Source of the DNA: Felis catus
Taxonomy: Eukaryota
Direction: 5' to 3'
Length of the DNA stretch: 64,000 nucleotides
Assembly (NCBI RefSeq): GCF_018350175.1
Contig: NC_058373.1
Coordinates: forward strand, 110,114,001 to 110,178,000
The position numbers were made by a program, and so were the translations under genes. This document shows, piece after piece, positions 48,610-60,997 of this stretch (the first letter of the stretch is position 1; each line of letters opens with the position of its first letter). The notes under the pieces were generated by a model. The model was not told the origin of the DNA, did no database searches, and saw only the letters and a list, made by a program, of their open reading frames with translations.

Positions 48610-49425
48610 GTAAGGGCTTGTGATTGCCTCTCTAAGACATCGCGTCTGAGAAAGAAGAGGTGTTGGGCTCTGAAAAGAGGGTAGTGAATCAAGCCTTCTG
48701 ATTTCATAATTAAACCCTCAATGTGCTGGCTATTTATGATGCCCACTTGTAAAAAGAGCCCTTAGAAAACTGTTCAGGATTTCGGTGGTGCAATATTACT
48801 GTTTAGTCTGTTAAAATGTCAGTCATCAACTTGGGTTGATTATTCTCTCTGATATGTAATCAGATACCGTTTCTTGGGTCAAGAGCACAAAGGCAAATTA
48901 GAAAAGGCAAAAGAAAAGAAAATGTGTTCTACCCATTTTCTGAGGGAAAAAAAAATCCAAGAGCCCCATTTTTTTTTTTTTTTTGGTTGATTTTATAATG
49001 AAATCAGAGACTGTTTGAAAGGATAGGTTCCTTTCTTTTTCTTCTCATGTTAACCCTCTACTGCAAATGCATTTTTAAATGTTGTCAGATCGTTTGGTGT
49101 GAGAACATCAACATTCAGCCTCCTAATTTCCCCGGGGGAGAAGAAAGAAGAATGTTGTTTTGTTTTCTTTCTAAACCAAATGGGTACATTTTCCTGTGGC
49201 TCTTAAAGTTCTTTCTCATAGGTTAGAGATTGAAATGGAAAAGGCACAAAGAACCATCCAGTATACTGTATTTGAAAGCATCTTCCTGTTAGGCAGCCTC
49301 TCACAATCCAGGGTCCAGTGGGACCATAGCAAAGATCAGACCATTCAGGCTTGAGTCCTCATCAGCTTTTTATGGAGTACGCGATCAACAGCGATGAAAA
49401 GAGCGTACGCTTCTGTTGTCTTCTT

Positions 49426-49868
49426 AAGTTTTTTTTTAACGTTTATTTTTGAGAGACCAAAGACAGAGAGTGAATGGGGGAGAGGGCAGAGAGAAAGGGA
49501 GACATAGACTCTGAAGCAGGCTCCAGGCTGTAAGCGGTCAGCACAGAGCCCAACGCAGGGCTCGAACTCACGAGCTGTGAGATCATGACCTGAGCCAAAG
49601 TTGGACTATTAACCAACAGAGCCACCCAGGCACCCCTTCTGTTGTCTTCTTTTTTTTATTTTATTTTATTTTATTTTATTTTTGGGACAGAGAGAGACAG
49701 AGCATGAACGAGGGAGGGTCAGAGAGAGAGGGAGACACAGAATCGGAAACAGGCTCCAGGCTCCGAGCCATCAGCCCAGAGCCTGACGCAGGGCTCAAAC
49801 TCACGGACCGCGAGATCGTGACCTGGCTGAAGTTGGACGCTTAACCGACTGCGCCACCCAGGCACCCC
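49426..49868 (-). mobile_element. Two tandem Can-SINEs sharing a triplicated TSD
   Basis: TCTGTTGTCTTCTT occurs at 49412, 49638 and 49869. Confidence 0.94.
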
Positions 49869-50477
49869 TCTGTTGTCTTCTTAAAACAGAAATGCATGGA
49901 AAATTATAGGAACCAGAGAGCAATCTCTAGAAATGTGTAAAACAGGGTTAAATGCCAATAGAGCATCTCTCTGGCCATGAGGAGGACTTACTAAATCCCA
50001 CTTGTCATGTCAGACAAGGTTAAGGAAAATGTCTTAAAGAATGAAGGGCCCGTGCATGCGACTCTTGAGTTGTATGTATAAAAGAAACTCTTAATGGTAT
50101 TTAAAGAGCAGTAGATAAGTAAAAAAATATATATAGCTGAGTGTTTTCTATCCTAATGCATGATGTTGCTAAAGGGAATTGCTTAATAACTTTTAAAATT
50201 AGCTTCTCAGACCCATTTTGGCTGTGAGCACCCAAAATTCAGTAGAGTATTGAAAACTAAAGATCATAATCCAATAATCAGAACTTTTATAATTTATTAA
50301 GCTTTTACTTAATCTTGAATGATGAGTTATTTATAATTTATGATGCTTCATTAAGATGTTTTTTTCCATTGAATCATGTAAGACAAATATATTCTAATAT
50401 AAATTTTTATTTAATTTGTGATGTCTTGCATATGGTCAGAAGATTCATGTGTTTGTGAAGGAGGAAATAAGCTATTT

Positions 50478-50700
50478 TTTTAATGTTTATTTATTTTTGA
50501 AAGAGAGAGAGATAGAGAGGGAGAGAGAGAGTGTGTGCACATGAGCAAGTGAGGGAGGGGCAGAGAGAGAGGACAGAAGATCCAAAGAGGGCTCTGTGCT
50601 GACAGCAGAGAGCCCCATGCGGGACTCGAACTTGCAAACCACGAGGTCATGACCTGAGCTGAAGTCAGACGCTTACCTGACTGAGTCACCCAGGCTCCCC
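50478..50700 (-). mobile_element. Can-SINE
   Basis: TSD ATAAGCTATTTTT. Confidence 0.92.
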
Positions 50701-51538
50701 AAGATAAGCTATTTTTAAAGTCAAAACCATTACAGAGGTACTTAAGTTTTCAAATAATTTTCACAGGTCTAGGATAGAGGAAACTGGTTTTAATTCTCTA
50801 GTAATATTTTATCATGATTACTTTTTACTCTTTTGTAACATGAATCTTTTTTTTTTTTTTTTCCCCTCTGAATGTGTGCTTCTTATTTTCTCCACTCTAA
50901 GTACTGGCTGTATTTACTTTTTTCTGTGTAACAGTAGACCATGTAAGACCCAGAACAATTTTAACGTTGAACAGCTAGTAAAAGTGATCAAAACATGTAT
51001 AGACACATATAAGATGAGGGTAAATTACTTAAGCAGGAATCTCTATATACTGAGTGCATAGAGCACATAAAAGCACAATTTACTGAATTATAAATGTAAT
51101 TAATCAGAAACTCTTGTGGTAGTGAAAACAAGCACTTAATTCATTAAAAACATCCATTGAGGCCTCTTTTGTACTAGTCATTCTGCTAGAATATGGGCAT
51201 ACAGTTGTCACAGCTTAAAATATAACACTAATTAAATATCTAATTAATGCTCACTTCACGTGCCTTTTTGGAATTTGGAAGGGCTTTTATCAGATTATTT
51301 AAAATCGTCTCCAGAAGAATTTTTAGGAAGTTTTTATTTTCTTCTACTTTTTTCTTTAGTAAATTTCATGTGATCTTGGAGTTTTGTTGAAAGTATGATT
51401 GCACTTTTCAAAAATTGCCATTATAGCATGTTTATATTTGAATGCATTGCTAAGAATTTCATTTTAGGTGAAATTTAGAGGATAACTTAGATCTGGACCT
51501 TTGGCTGACTTTTTCTTTAATATCTAAAAATATTAATT

Positions 51539-51742
51539 GGGGCGCCTGAGTGGCTCAGTCGGTTAAGCGTCTGACTTCGGCTCAGGTCATGATTTCAAAG
51601 GTTGTGAGTTTGAGCCCCGCGTCGGGCTCAGTGCTGACGGCTCAGAGCCTGGAGCCTGCTTCAGATTCTGTGTCTCCTTCTCTCTCTGTGCCTCCCCCAC
51701 TCACGCTCTGTCTCTCTCTCAAAATAAACATCAAAAAAAAGT
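51539..51742 (+). mobile_element. Can-SINE
   Basis: TSD TAAAA(A)TATTAA. Confidence 0.93.
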
Positions 51743-53719
51743 TAAAATATTAAGGCAAAGCTGGAGGCAAGAGAAATTATACAGACTGAAGGGTAGGGGT
51801 GCTTATGATCAAATATCTTACTGGATATTTTTATAGAGATGAATTTCTAAGAGTTTTTGAATATGAAAAGACAAAACTGCCTTCCATCCCCCCCCCCCCC
51901 CCCATGTAGGTGAAGTAAAGTAACAAATCTCAGGGTATGATAAAAAGTGAAGACTGACTAATCTTTTAAGATTTTAGATGTCCATAAAGGGAAATGATAA
52001 AGAGGAAAAACAGGAAAGTAATACATTCTGGGTTTGTTATTATTCTAAAAACTCATAAAGTAACATTACATATTAACTGGTATTAAGTGTTCTTCCCTGC
52101 CCCTCTCCCTTCCACATGTCAACCTGCATGACATAATTGCTCCCTCAAAAAACTTTTTGTCTATAATTACTTCTTTAAATTCCTTGTCATTAGGTATAAT
52201 TGTCAGTATGTCTGAGTTGGTTTTTTGTTCTTTTCAAAAATTTCTGAGCATTTATAATTTCAGTGTTTAAGAAGCATCCAGAGAAATTCTGGAAAGTAGA
52301 TGGTCACAGATACAGACAAAGGTATCCAGCTGTGGGTGAGCCCCCAGAAATACAGTGGAGTCCGTACTAGCGTGAGAAGGAAAACCACTCACTGGATAAA
52401 CAGTTTTCAATCCTGGGGTAAATGATGTCTATTTGGGGTATTGTTTATCCTGATAACACAGTAAAAAAAAAAATTTTTGAAATGGAACACGTAGTTGGGC
52501 CATATGCCGACTCTGTCTTCAAAGCGTATTACTTTGCCTCTTTTTGGCCCGTATGTAAATCTTGCTTCTTACTCTAAAGGTATTTTTTATAATCTAAGAT
52601 TTGTTCCCTTACAGGACACCAAGTAACCTACATAGGGTACATGGTGTTGACATCTCTGAGCAGCATGTGTTTGAGAGCATGTTCTGAAGTCCTGAAATCT
52701 TAGGCTGAGGGACCTTAGAAACTCTCTAGCCTAACTCTTGTGTTTCAGGTGAGGGAAGTGAGAGATGTTAATTGGCCAAATTCGTTTTCTGGCAGCGCTG
52801 GGACTAGAACATAGCTGTCCTCTACCCAGCCTGATGCTTCGTGGCTTACCCCACCATTTTATTGACTGTGTTATGTGGGTTGTTAATTGAGGTCTAATAT
52901 GCTAATGTGCTGTCTGACCTCAGTGGACCCCTTACTGTGTTCTTGTGCCTATTTTGAACTTTCTCTACTCTCGGTAAACCCACCAAATCCTGTTTCTGTC
53001 ATTCCTAGCAGATAGCAGATCAACGACAGCTAGATTGGCAGACCTAGATCGGCGGATCCTCAATTTCTTTGTAATCTGCTTTATAATCCACAGATGGTTC
53101 ATCTTAACAAGCAAAGACTAAACAAAACTCTCTTATTTTTTGTCTAATATTAATTCATCTCTACGTCCACTCAGTCAAAATTTATTGAGCAGACAGTGAG
53201 GGTTCAGAGGTGAACAAAAATAGGCATAGTCTCTCTTCTCATTGAGCTTCTAGTCTAGAGGAGGAGACACACATCAATCAAGTAACTAATGAGAGCCTAA
53301 TTACAGGAACTAAATGGAGGAACCCATTTCCATGATCGTCTATAATAAAGGATTCTGACACGAACTGTAGTCAGAACTTGCGTAAGGAAACAACATTTGA
53401 ACTGAGACCCGAAGGGTGGCTTGGAATTAACAGAGCTCAGGGCTGGATGTTGGGAGCATTTTTGAAAGAAGTAGAATTTCCTCTTGTGATGGGAGAGAGA
53501 GCGTGAGGAGTTAGAAAGGATGAACGAGAGGGTGGAGGAAAGAGGAGAGCGACACAGGTGAGGCCTGAGAGGTAGGCGAGGCTGGCCGAGTCACAAGTGC
53601 CTTACGGGTCATGTTAACATTGTGGACATCATGCTAACAGAAGGAGGCAGCCCCTGAGACTGTGTTGATATGCCTTTCATTTTGTCTCTAGTGGTGATGA
53701 TGGATGGTTATCTTTAGGA

Positions 53720-55000
53720 AGCTTTTATAAAGATTTTATTCTTCTTTATGACTGAGCGATACTCCTTACATAGGTACACTACGCTTTCTTTATCCATATA
53801 TCTGCTGAGGGACACTTAAGCAGCTCCCATATCTTGGCTGTTGTAAATTATGCTGTAGCGAGCCTAGGGCTACACATAGCTCTTCAAATTTGTGTTTTTG
53901 TTCTCTTCAGATAAATACCCAGAAGTGGGATCGCTGGAACATATGATACATTTACTTAAAATTTTTTGAAGAATGTTCATAATGTTTTCCATAGTGACTG
54001 AACCAACTTACATTCCTCTCAGTAGCTTTTGAGGGTTCCCTTTTCTCCACGTTCTCACCAACACTTGTAATGTTTTGCCTTTTTAGTAATAGCCAGTCTG
54101 ACAGGTGTGAGGTGGTATCTCATTGTGGTTTTGATTTGCATTTCCCTGGTGGTAAGTGACGTTGAGCATCTTTCATGTGCCTGTTGGCCTTCTGGATGTC
54201 TTCTTTGGACAAAAATGTGTGTTCATGTCCTCTGCCCATTTTTTTAATCAGATTGGTTTTTTTTTTTTTTTTTTTAGTAAATTGTATAAATTCTTTGCAT
54301 ATTTTGGCCGTTAGCCCATTAACGAGTGTACGACTTGCAAATATCTTCTTCCTTTTTGCTTTGTTGATGGTTTCATTTGCTGTGCAAAAGCCTTTTATTT
54401 TTTAATTATTTTATTTTATTTTATTATTTTTTTCATGTTTATTTATTATTGAGAGACAGAGAGAGACAGAGCATGAGCAGGGGAGGGGCAGAGAGAGGAG
54501 GAGACACAGACTCTGAAGCAGGCTCCAGGCTCTGAGCTGCCAGCACAGCGTCTGACGTGGGACTCGAACTCGCACAAACCGTGAGATCATGACCTGAGCC
54601 AAAGTCAGACGCTCAACTGACTGAGCCACTCAGGTGCCCCTGTGCAAAAGCCTTTTAGTTTGATGTAGTCCCATTTGTTTTAGTGTTTTTGCCTTTGCCT
54701 CAGAAGACTAATCCAATAAAATATTGCTAAGGCTCATGTCAAAGAGCTTACTGCTCATGTTTTCCTCTAGGAGAGTAGATCAGTCTTTTTTTTAAAAATG
54801 TATATTTATATTTAGTTTTGAGAGAGAGAGAGAGAGAGAGTGAGCAAGTAGGGGAGGAGCAGAGAGAGAGGGAGACAGAGGGTCCGAAGCAGGATCTGAG
54901 CTGTCCGCACAGAACGAATGCGGGGCTCAAACTCCAGTCGGTTGGACACTCGACCGACTGAACCACTGGGGTGCCCAGTGAGTAGCTCTGTCTTATTAGC
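53720..55000 (-). mobile_element. Old L1 fragment with two nested minus-strand Can-SINEs (54397-54640, 54787-54977)
   Basis: GACAGGTGTGAGGTGGTATCTCATTGTGGTTTTGATTTGCATTTCCC L1 motif; SINE TSD CTGTGCAAAAGCCTTTTA. Confidence 0.85.
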
Positions 55001-55544
55001 CGTCAGAGAAACCCAGTAAAACAATACTGATATCACTCTCACATGCATTATATTGGCAGAAATTAAAGTCTGTTAGCATCAAATATCAGAGAGGATTAGG
55101 GAAAATACAAATTCTTTTACCATGCTGGTGGGAATCAAAACTGTAATTCAGTTTGGAGAACAAATCAATAGCTATCCATTACTTAAAAGGAGTAATTTTA
55201 GTCCTAGGAAAACATCCCAAAGAAAGTCACACAAATGTGCAAGAAGACTGACACAAAAGTGTGTGTCAGAGCAATATATTTGTAGTAAGAAAAACCGGAA
55301 ACAATATTATGTTCACAGTAGCCTGACAGATAAATAAGTCATGTTCATGCAGACAGTAGAACAGATAAAAGGTAAAATGACTGTATTAGATTTTTCTCTG
55401 TCACCATGAATACATCCCCAAGCATACTGTTGAATGGAAAAGCTATAAAATGATAATACATAATTCCAGTTTTATAAGAATTAAAATACATAAGACAATA
55501 CTGTATGAATGACATATATAATAAAAGTATAAAACTGTGTGTGT

Positions 55545-55640
55545 GTGGATGCCTGGTTGGCTCTGTTCATAGAGCACGTGACTCTTGATCTCAGGGTCAT
55601 GAGTTAGAGCCCCACGTTGGACAGAGAGATGACTTAAATA
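55545..55640 (+). mobile_element. Short tRNA-derived Can-SINE within an old L1-like relic
   Basis: GGATGCCTGGTTGGCT...GCCCCACGTTGG...GACTTAAA. Confidence 0.8.
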
Positions 55641-57572
55641 CATACTTTTGAAAATGTATGTGTATATTTCAAAATAGTGGTTATCTCTGGGAAGGAAGAG
55701 ATGAAAGAAGGATGAGGACTGGGCTTTCAATTATATTTGATTGTATTTGTGGTATGGAAGATTACATTACTTATATCTGTATCACGATTAATGACTGTAG
55801 GTCATATTTTGTTCTTCTAACTATGTTTGAAATATCTTCTATTTAAAAGAAAGTTGTTCAAGTGAGCCTGCCAAATCAAAATAAAATACAGTAAAGGATG
55901 ATGAGCAGAGATGACTGATTCCAAAAGAATCTTCCCATGAGCCAATCAGGACCTTGAGTCTGTGTTCCAGCCTCTCTGGGCATGAGCAAGAGAATGTTAC
56001 CTTTTAAATTTGAAACGTTCGTTTGAGGGATTCCGTTGGATGTTCTGCCAAGGTCGAAACATGGCTTTTGGGGATAGTAGACAAATGGTGTTTAGGGGTG
56101 ATTTCAGGTTTTTCAGAATGCTCTCTCTGGCCACCAAAGATAGATTACAAATGGCTGATTGTTGCTAGTCCTCAAGTCACTGGTTTATGAGGTAAGACAG
56201 ACCAAGAGCTCTGAATTCTTAGATGGTTAATAATACATAAAGTTTTCCTAGGGTCTAATATCTCAGCCTTTACCTCAGACGCTCTTGTTCTGGGTGGACT
56301 TGTGGGAGTAACAGGTGGGAGGCAGGCGTCCACCTCCCGTGGTTGTGGCTCACGGCAAGGAGTGCCCATGGGCTGATGGAACCTGTGGTGTGGCACCTTT
56401 CTCTTTCCCTCTCGTAGCCTTCCTGAATCTTTCCTCCTGAGATGCTGTCTTCCCTGTAGGTTTTTAACTATAGTTTGCATGAATAAATTGTTGGGAATGG
56501 AAGAAGTTTTCGAAATCATTGTAATCATTTGTTAGCCTCTTGAAAGAAGTAACTGGTGCTAAGTGCCAACTAATCAAAACCAGTCACCCTGGTCAGCTGA
56601 ATTTTCTTACCAGTTAGTTTTGGTGAAGCTCCGGACACATAAAGCATCTGTTTTATTTAAATAATCTTTTAACTTTACAACCGTCTTACATTGATGGAAA
56701 TGTTGCAGAGAGGGTACAGAAAGGTTTCGTAGATCTCTTACCCAGTTTCCCTTTCGCTTAACATTTTACATTGCTATCTAGGCGGTACTTTTACAATAAC
56801 AATTTCTACCTTGTTTGGGGATGTGGACACATTCTCTTCACAGACTTACTAATGCAGACCTTACTGACGTGAAAGTATACGGCACAATCAAATGGTACTT
56901 CATTTATAAAGTAACCTGAAAATAAAAACTAATACCCTAGCAAAATAATGGAAATCTCTTAAAATGACAGTCATGGTACCTGGTACGCGTAAATACTCAA
57001 CAAATATTTGTGAAAAGAACAAATAAATGAATGCAGATGCCATCTCTGTGTATCCTATGAGAAAATCCAGTTGGTACAGCTTTTAAATTACTACCTGTAT
57101 AACCCGTTCTGCCTTACCCAGGTTGGAATTCTTACTATTCATTGTTTAAGCCATAATCCGTTGTTAATATCATGCAATCTGGGTGTTCCTTCCATCTATC
57201 CACTTACCATTTTCAACTACCAATAGGTAACACTGAATGCCTGTTACTTGTCCTGCCCTCTGGCATCACAGTGAATACTAAGTATAGATTTTAGAATTTT
57301 TGTTTTTTCCATATCTGTTTTAAGACTAGATTTTACCTTGTGATATAATTATAGATCCTATCCTGTCTTTTCAAAAAACTTTTTCCTTGGGATATCAATG
57401 TCGGCATTAAATATTGCATGAAGAAAATCATCTTTGATAGTGCCCCAAATGTACTTTTTGAAAGCCGTTAATCTGAGTAAATAGAAGGAACTAGAATGTT
57501 TTCACCAAGAAAAGGAAAAATTATTTATTTGGAAGGTAGACCATTCGGCAATTAATCTTTTTATGTTTTCAG

Positions 57573-57728
57573 AATTCAGCTGTGGAAATGGTTTTGTCAA
57601 AACAACTTTCTCTCAATGTTCAAGAAAGCATGAAAAACACTGACGATGAGCATAAAGTCAATGAGCTGCAAAATCAACCTTTAGAATTAGATGTCGTGTT
57701 AAGAAATGAACAATTAAAAGAGATAGAG
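57573..57728 (+). CDS. SYNE2: SYNE2 window exon 27 (156 nt) NSAVEMVLSKQL...EQLKEIE
   Basis: gttttcag| ... GAG|gtatgg; phase 0/0. Confidence 0.92.
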
Positions 57729-58622
57729 GTATGGAAACAAGAAAAACATTGACAACATGATTGCATCATTTATCCAGTGCAATACAATATATTTTAATTA
57801 CCAGAAACTTGCTTGTACAGAATGAAAAGTCTTATTTAACCTTTGCCTGATGATCAATTTGGTAACTATATAATTATGTACTAATCAGTAAGTTGTATAA
57901 ATCTTTCCATTTAAAAAGTGGAAGGTTTAATGAGCATTAGTCTTTTTCACGAAGTTCCTAAAAACTTATTCAGTAACACTATTTGGAGATTCTGACTTCT
58001 CACTTCTGTTCTTAGTCGTATGTATTCTTCAGATTCTGATAAATTTATTTTATTTTTCCTAATTATCAACATTACGGGGTACTTCTTTGTTTTTTTTACA
58101 GCGGTGTTTACCTAGCTATGTTTATATATTTATGTACTTATAGGTATATAGTCTAAAAATCCAATACATGGCCATGTTTAAAAAAAAAAAAAATGACCCC
58201 TACAATTTTAGCTAAGTTTACATGACTGTAAGCATGTATTTCAAACAGGAAGGAAGGGTGATGTATGTGAATTAAAAAAAAAGTATCATATATAAAGGAT
58301 GTATATAAACAGAGTGTCTACAAATGTAGAACAACCTGGAACAAAAAGAGAGAAATCTTCCTTTAGACACTACAGAACCTTTTAACACAATAGGAAGATC
58401 TAATTGTTATTAAATGCTAAGACAACTCAATTTCAGTCTAGATTTTAACATGATTCCAGTGGGAAAAAAAAGTCTTTTAATCTTTCAGCACCTTGGTTTC
58501 TCTGTATGCAAATGAAATTTTTAAAACATATCCTTGGGATATAATGTTACTGGAAGGAAGGAAATTAATGAGTGAGTGAGGGAGTGAATTTATATTTACT
58601 AATTTCCATGACTTATTTTTAG

Positions 58623-58888
58623 GAATTATATGCCCAGTTGGACGCAAAGAAATCAGCCATTGAACCACTGGAACAAACTGAGTATCTCAATAAAGCAGAA
58701 ACAAGTGCCTTGGTTCTTCACAACGCAGGGTATTCAGTGAACTATTTGGACAATCTGCTTCAGGCACTTATTACTTTGAAGAAAAATAAAGAAAGCCAAT
58801 ATTGTTTCCTTAAGGATTTTCAGGATCGCCTTGCTGCCATTGAATCCTCAGTGAAAGCCTTGTTGACAGAAAAGGAAAGTCTAAAAGT
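58623..58888 (+). CDS. SYNE2: SYNE2 window exon 28 (266 nt) ELYAQLDAKKSAI...EKESLK(V)
   Basis: atttttag| ... GT|gtaagt; phase 0/2. Confidence 0.93.
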
Positions 58889-58911
58889 GTAAGTATAAGA
58901 ATTTAGGACTC

Positions 58912-59079
58912 GGGGCACCTGGGTGGCTCAGTCAGTTAAGGGTCCGACTTCGGCTCAGTTCGTGATTTCACAGTTGGTGGGTTCAGGTCCCACATGGGGC
59001 TCAGTGCTGACAGCTCAGAGCCTGGAGCCTGCTTGGGATTCTGTGTCTCCCTCTGACTCTGCTCTTCCCCTGCTCATTC

Positions 59080-59110
<31 letters not shown>

Positions 59111-59464
59111 TTCTCACTCACTCACTCAAAAATAAACATTTAAAAAAAAGGAAACAATTTAGGTCTTGCATTCTTTTTGTTCAAGCACAGATAGGCTGCA
59201 CTACCTTGGACAGGCCCAGGGTTTTAAGAGTTCAGGGGCGCCTGGGTGGCGCAGTCGGTTAAGCGTCCGACTTCAGCCAGGTCACGATCTCCCGGTCCGC
59301 GAGTTCAAGCCCCGCTTCAGGCTCTGGGCTGATGGCTCGGAGCCTGGAGCCTGTTTCCGATTCTGTGTCTCCCTCTCTCTCTGCCCCTCCCCCGTTCATG
59401 CTCTGTCTCTCTCTGTCCCAAAAATAAATAAACGTTGAAAAAAAAAAAAATTAAAAAAAAAAAA
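58912..59464 (+). mobile_element. Two sense Can-SINEs (58912-59150; young SINEC_Fc 59236-59464)
   Basis: Heads GGGGCACCTGGGTGG and GGGGCGCCTGGGTGGCGCAG; AATAAA and A tails. Confidence 0.94.
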
Positions 59465-59919
59465 AGAGTTTATACTATGAGACGATATTATGATTTTAAC
59501 AGTACAATATGGAAATTAATTACATACGGAAGCCGTTGAAGAAAACTGTTGTTTCATGCAGTAAATTTTATATTATTTATATTAATTTTATAATGAAATT
59601 ATGTTTTACAAATTAATTTCCTAAACAATTAATTCACACTATAAGTATCTTCCAAATGGATTTAAATTCTATGGAATTCAGCACTCTTTTTGTCAAGACT
59701 TTATTCTGAACTATGGGGGTGGAGAGAAATATTCTATGTATACACTTGTTCAGTATCAGCATGATTGGTCGAAATAGTTCGGAACCTACTGAATACATAT
59801 CCATTCTAATGATTTCTTTTTACATATATATGCTCTTTTTGGCTCTGAAGATAATAGCAAATGGTTTGTAGATACAGTCTTACTGTGTAAATACCTTGTC
59901 GTTATTAAAAAGGTTGAGG

Positions 59920-60290
59920 CGGGCACCTGGCTGAGTCAGTCAGTGGAGCAAACAACTGTTGATCTCGGGGTTGTGAGTTCAAGCCTCACACTGGCTGTAG
60001 GGATAACTTAAAAAAAATTTTTTTTTTAATTTTTTTATTTAAAAAAAAAATTTTTTTTTCAACGTTTATTTATTTTTGAGACAGAGAGAGACAGAGCATG
60101 AACGGGGGAGGGGCAGAGAGAGAGGGAGACACAGAATCGGAAACAGGCTCCAGGCTCTGAGCCATCAGCCCAGAGCCTGACGCGGGCTCGAACTCACGGA
60201 CCGCGAGATCGTGACCTGGCTGAAGTCAGACGCTTAACTGACTGCACCACCCAGGCGCCCCAAAAACATTTTTTTTTTAAAATAAAAAGT
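59920..60290. mobile_element. Short + Can-SINE with a young minus-strand SINEC_Fc inserted in its tail
   Basis: Short head 59920-60015; reverse SINEC_Fc ~60025-60261. Confidence 0.9.
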
Positions 60291-60629
60291 TTGATTTTGT
60301 ACTTTTGCCTAAATGGGGTTTACTTTCAGTGATATCGCTTTGAGGAAACAATTTTATATTCAAAGGACGAGACTGATTATACTTTCTTATTCATTATTGT
60401 CGGTAAAATGGTAACAAAGTGGTTGGACATTGTGATAATTTCTTAGGCTTAGACTCACCTTTGTGCGAGTGCTTTACAGTTACCAAGTCCTTTTGCATAT
60501 ATATCGTTCCCTTCCCTCTTCACTCCCTTCCTGTGGTTCTGCATTTTTACGATACTTATTCTATAGGTGAGTTTTCTGTATTGTTACACTCTAACTGAAA
60601 GCCACACTAAACAAGGTCCTGATTTTGAT

Positions 60630-60852
60630 TTTATTTAAAAATTTTTTTTTTCAACATTTATTTATTTTTGGGACAGAGAGAGACAGAGCATGAACGGGGG
60701 AGGGGCAGAGAGAGAGGGAGACACAGAATCGGAAGCAGGCTCCAGGCTCTGAGCCATCAGCCCAGAGCCCGACGCGGGGCTCAAACTCCCGGACCGCGAG
60801 ATAGTGACCTGGCTGGTCGGACGCTTAACCGACTGCGCCACCCAGGCGCCCC
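60630..60852 (-). mobile_element. Young SINEC_Fc about 145 nt upstream of the giant exon
   Basis: TSD-like TTTTGATTTTA. Confidence 0.93.
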
Positions 60853-60997
60853 TTAATTTTGATTTTAAAGACAGAATGCTTTTATAGACAACCTAATCTT
60901 CTCGTCTGTGAATTCAGAGCAGAATTAATTTCTTTTCATGAACTCTAACCTCATGTTGATGTGTATTAATAAGCTCCCTTTTTTTTTCTTTCTCTAG

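Noticed and set aside
51888..51903. C16 run (G-quadruplex on the minus strand)
   Set aside because: Isolated homopolymer with no context suggesting function; length is error-prone.
53006..53057. Degenerate repeats TAGCAGA x2 and CTAGATYGGCRGA x2
   Set aside because: Short imperfect local duplications with no array structure or spacers; not CRISPR-like.
48610..57572. Missing SYNE2 exon in the 9-kb intron (e.g. 52264-52321)
   Set aside because: Exon 26 joins exon 27 in phase (WEINK-NSAVEM) and the candidate has an in-frame stop with weak sites.
307..60856. Many 60-100 aa ORFs such as MAQSVERPTSAQVMIS... and MGQRETEHERGRGRE...
   Set aside because: Recurrent translations of Can-SINE sequence on either strand; not genes.
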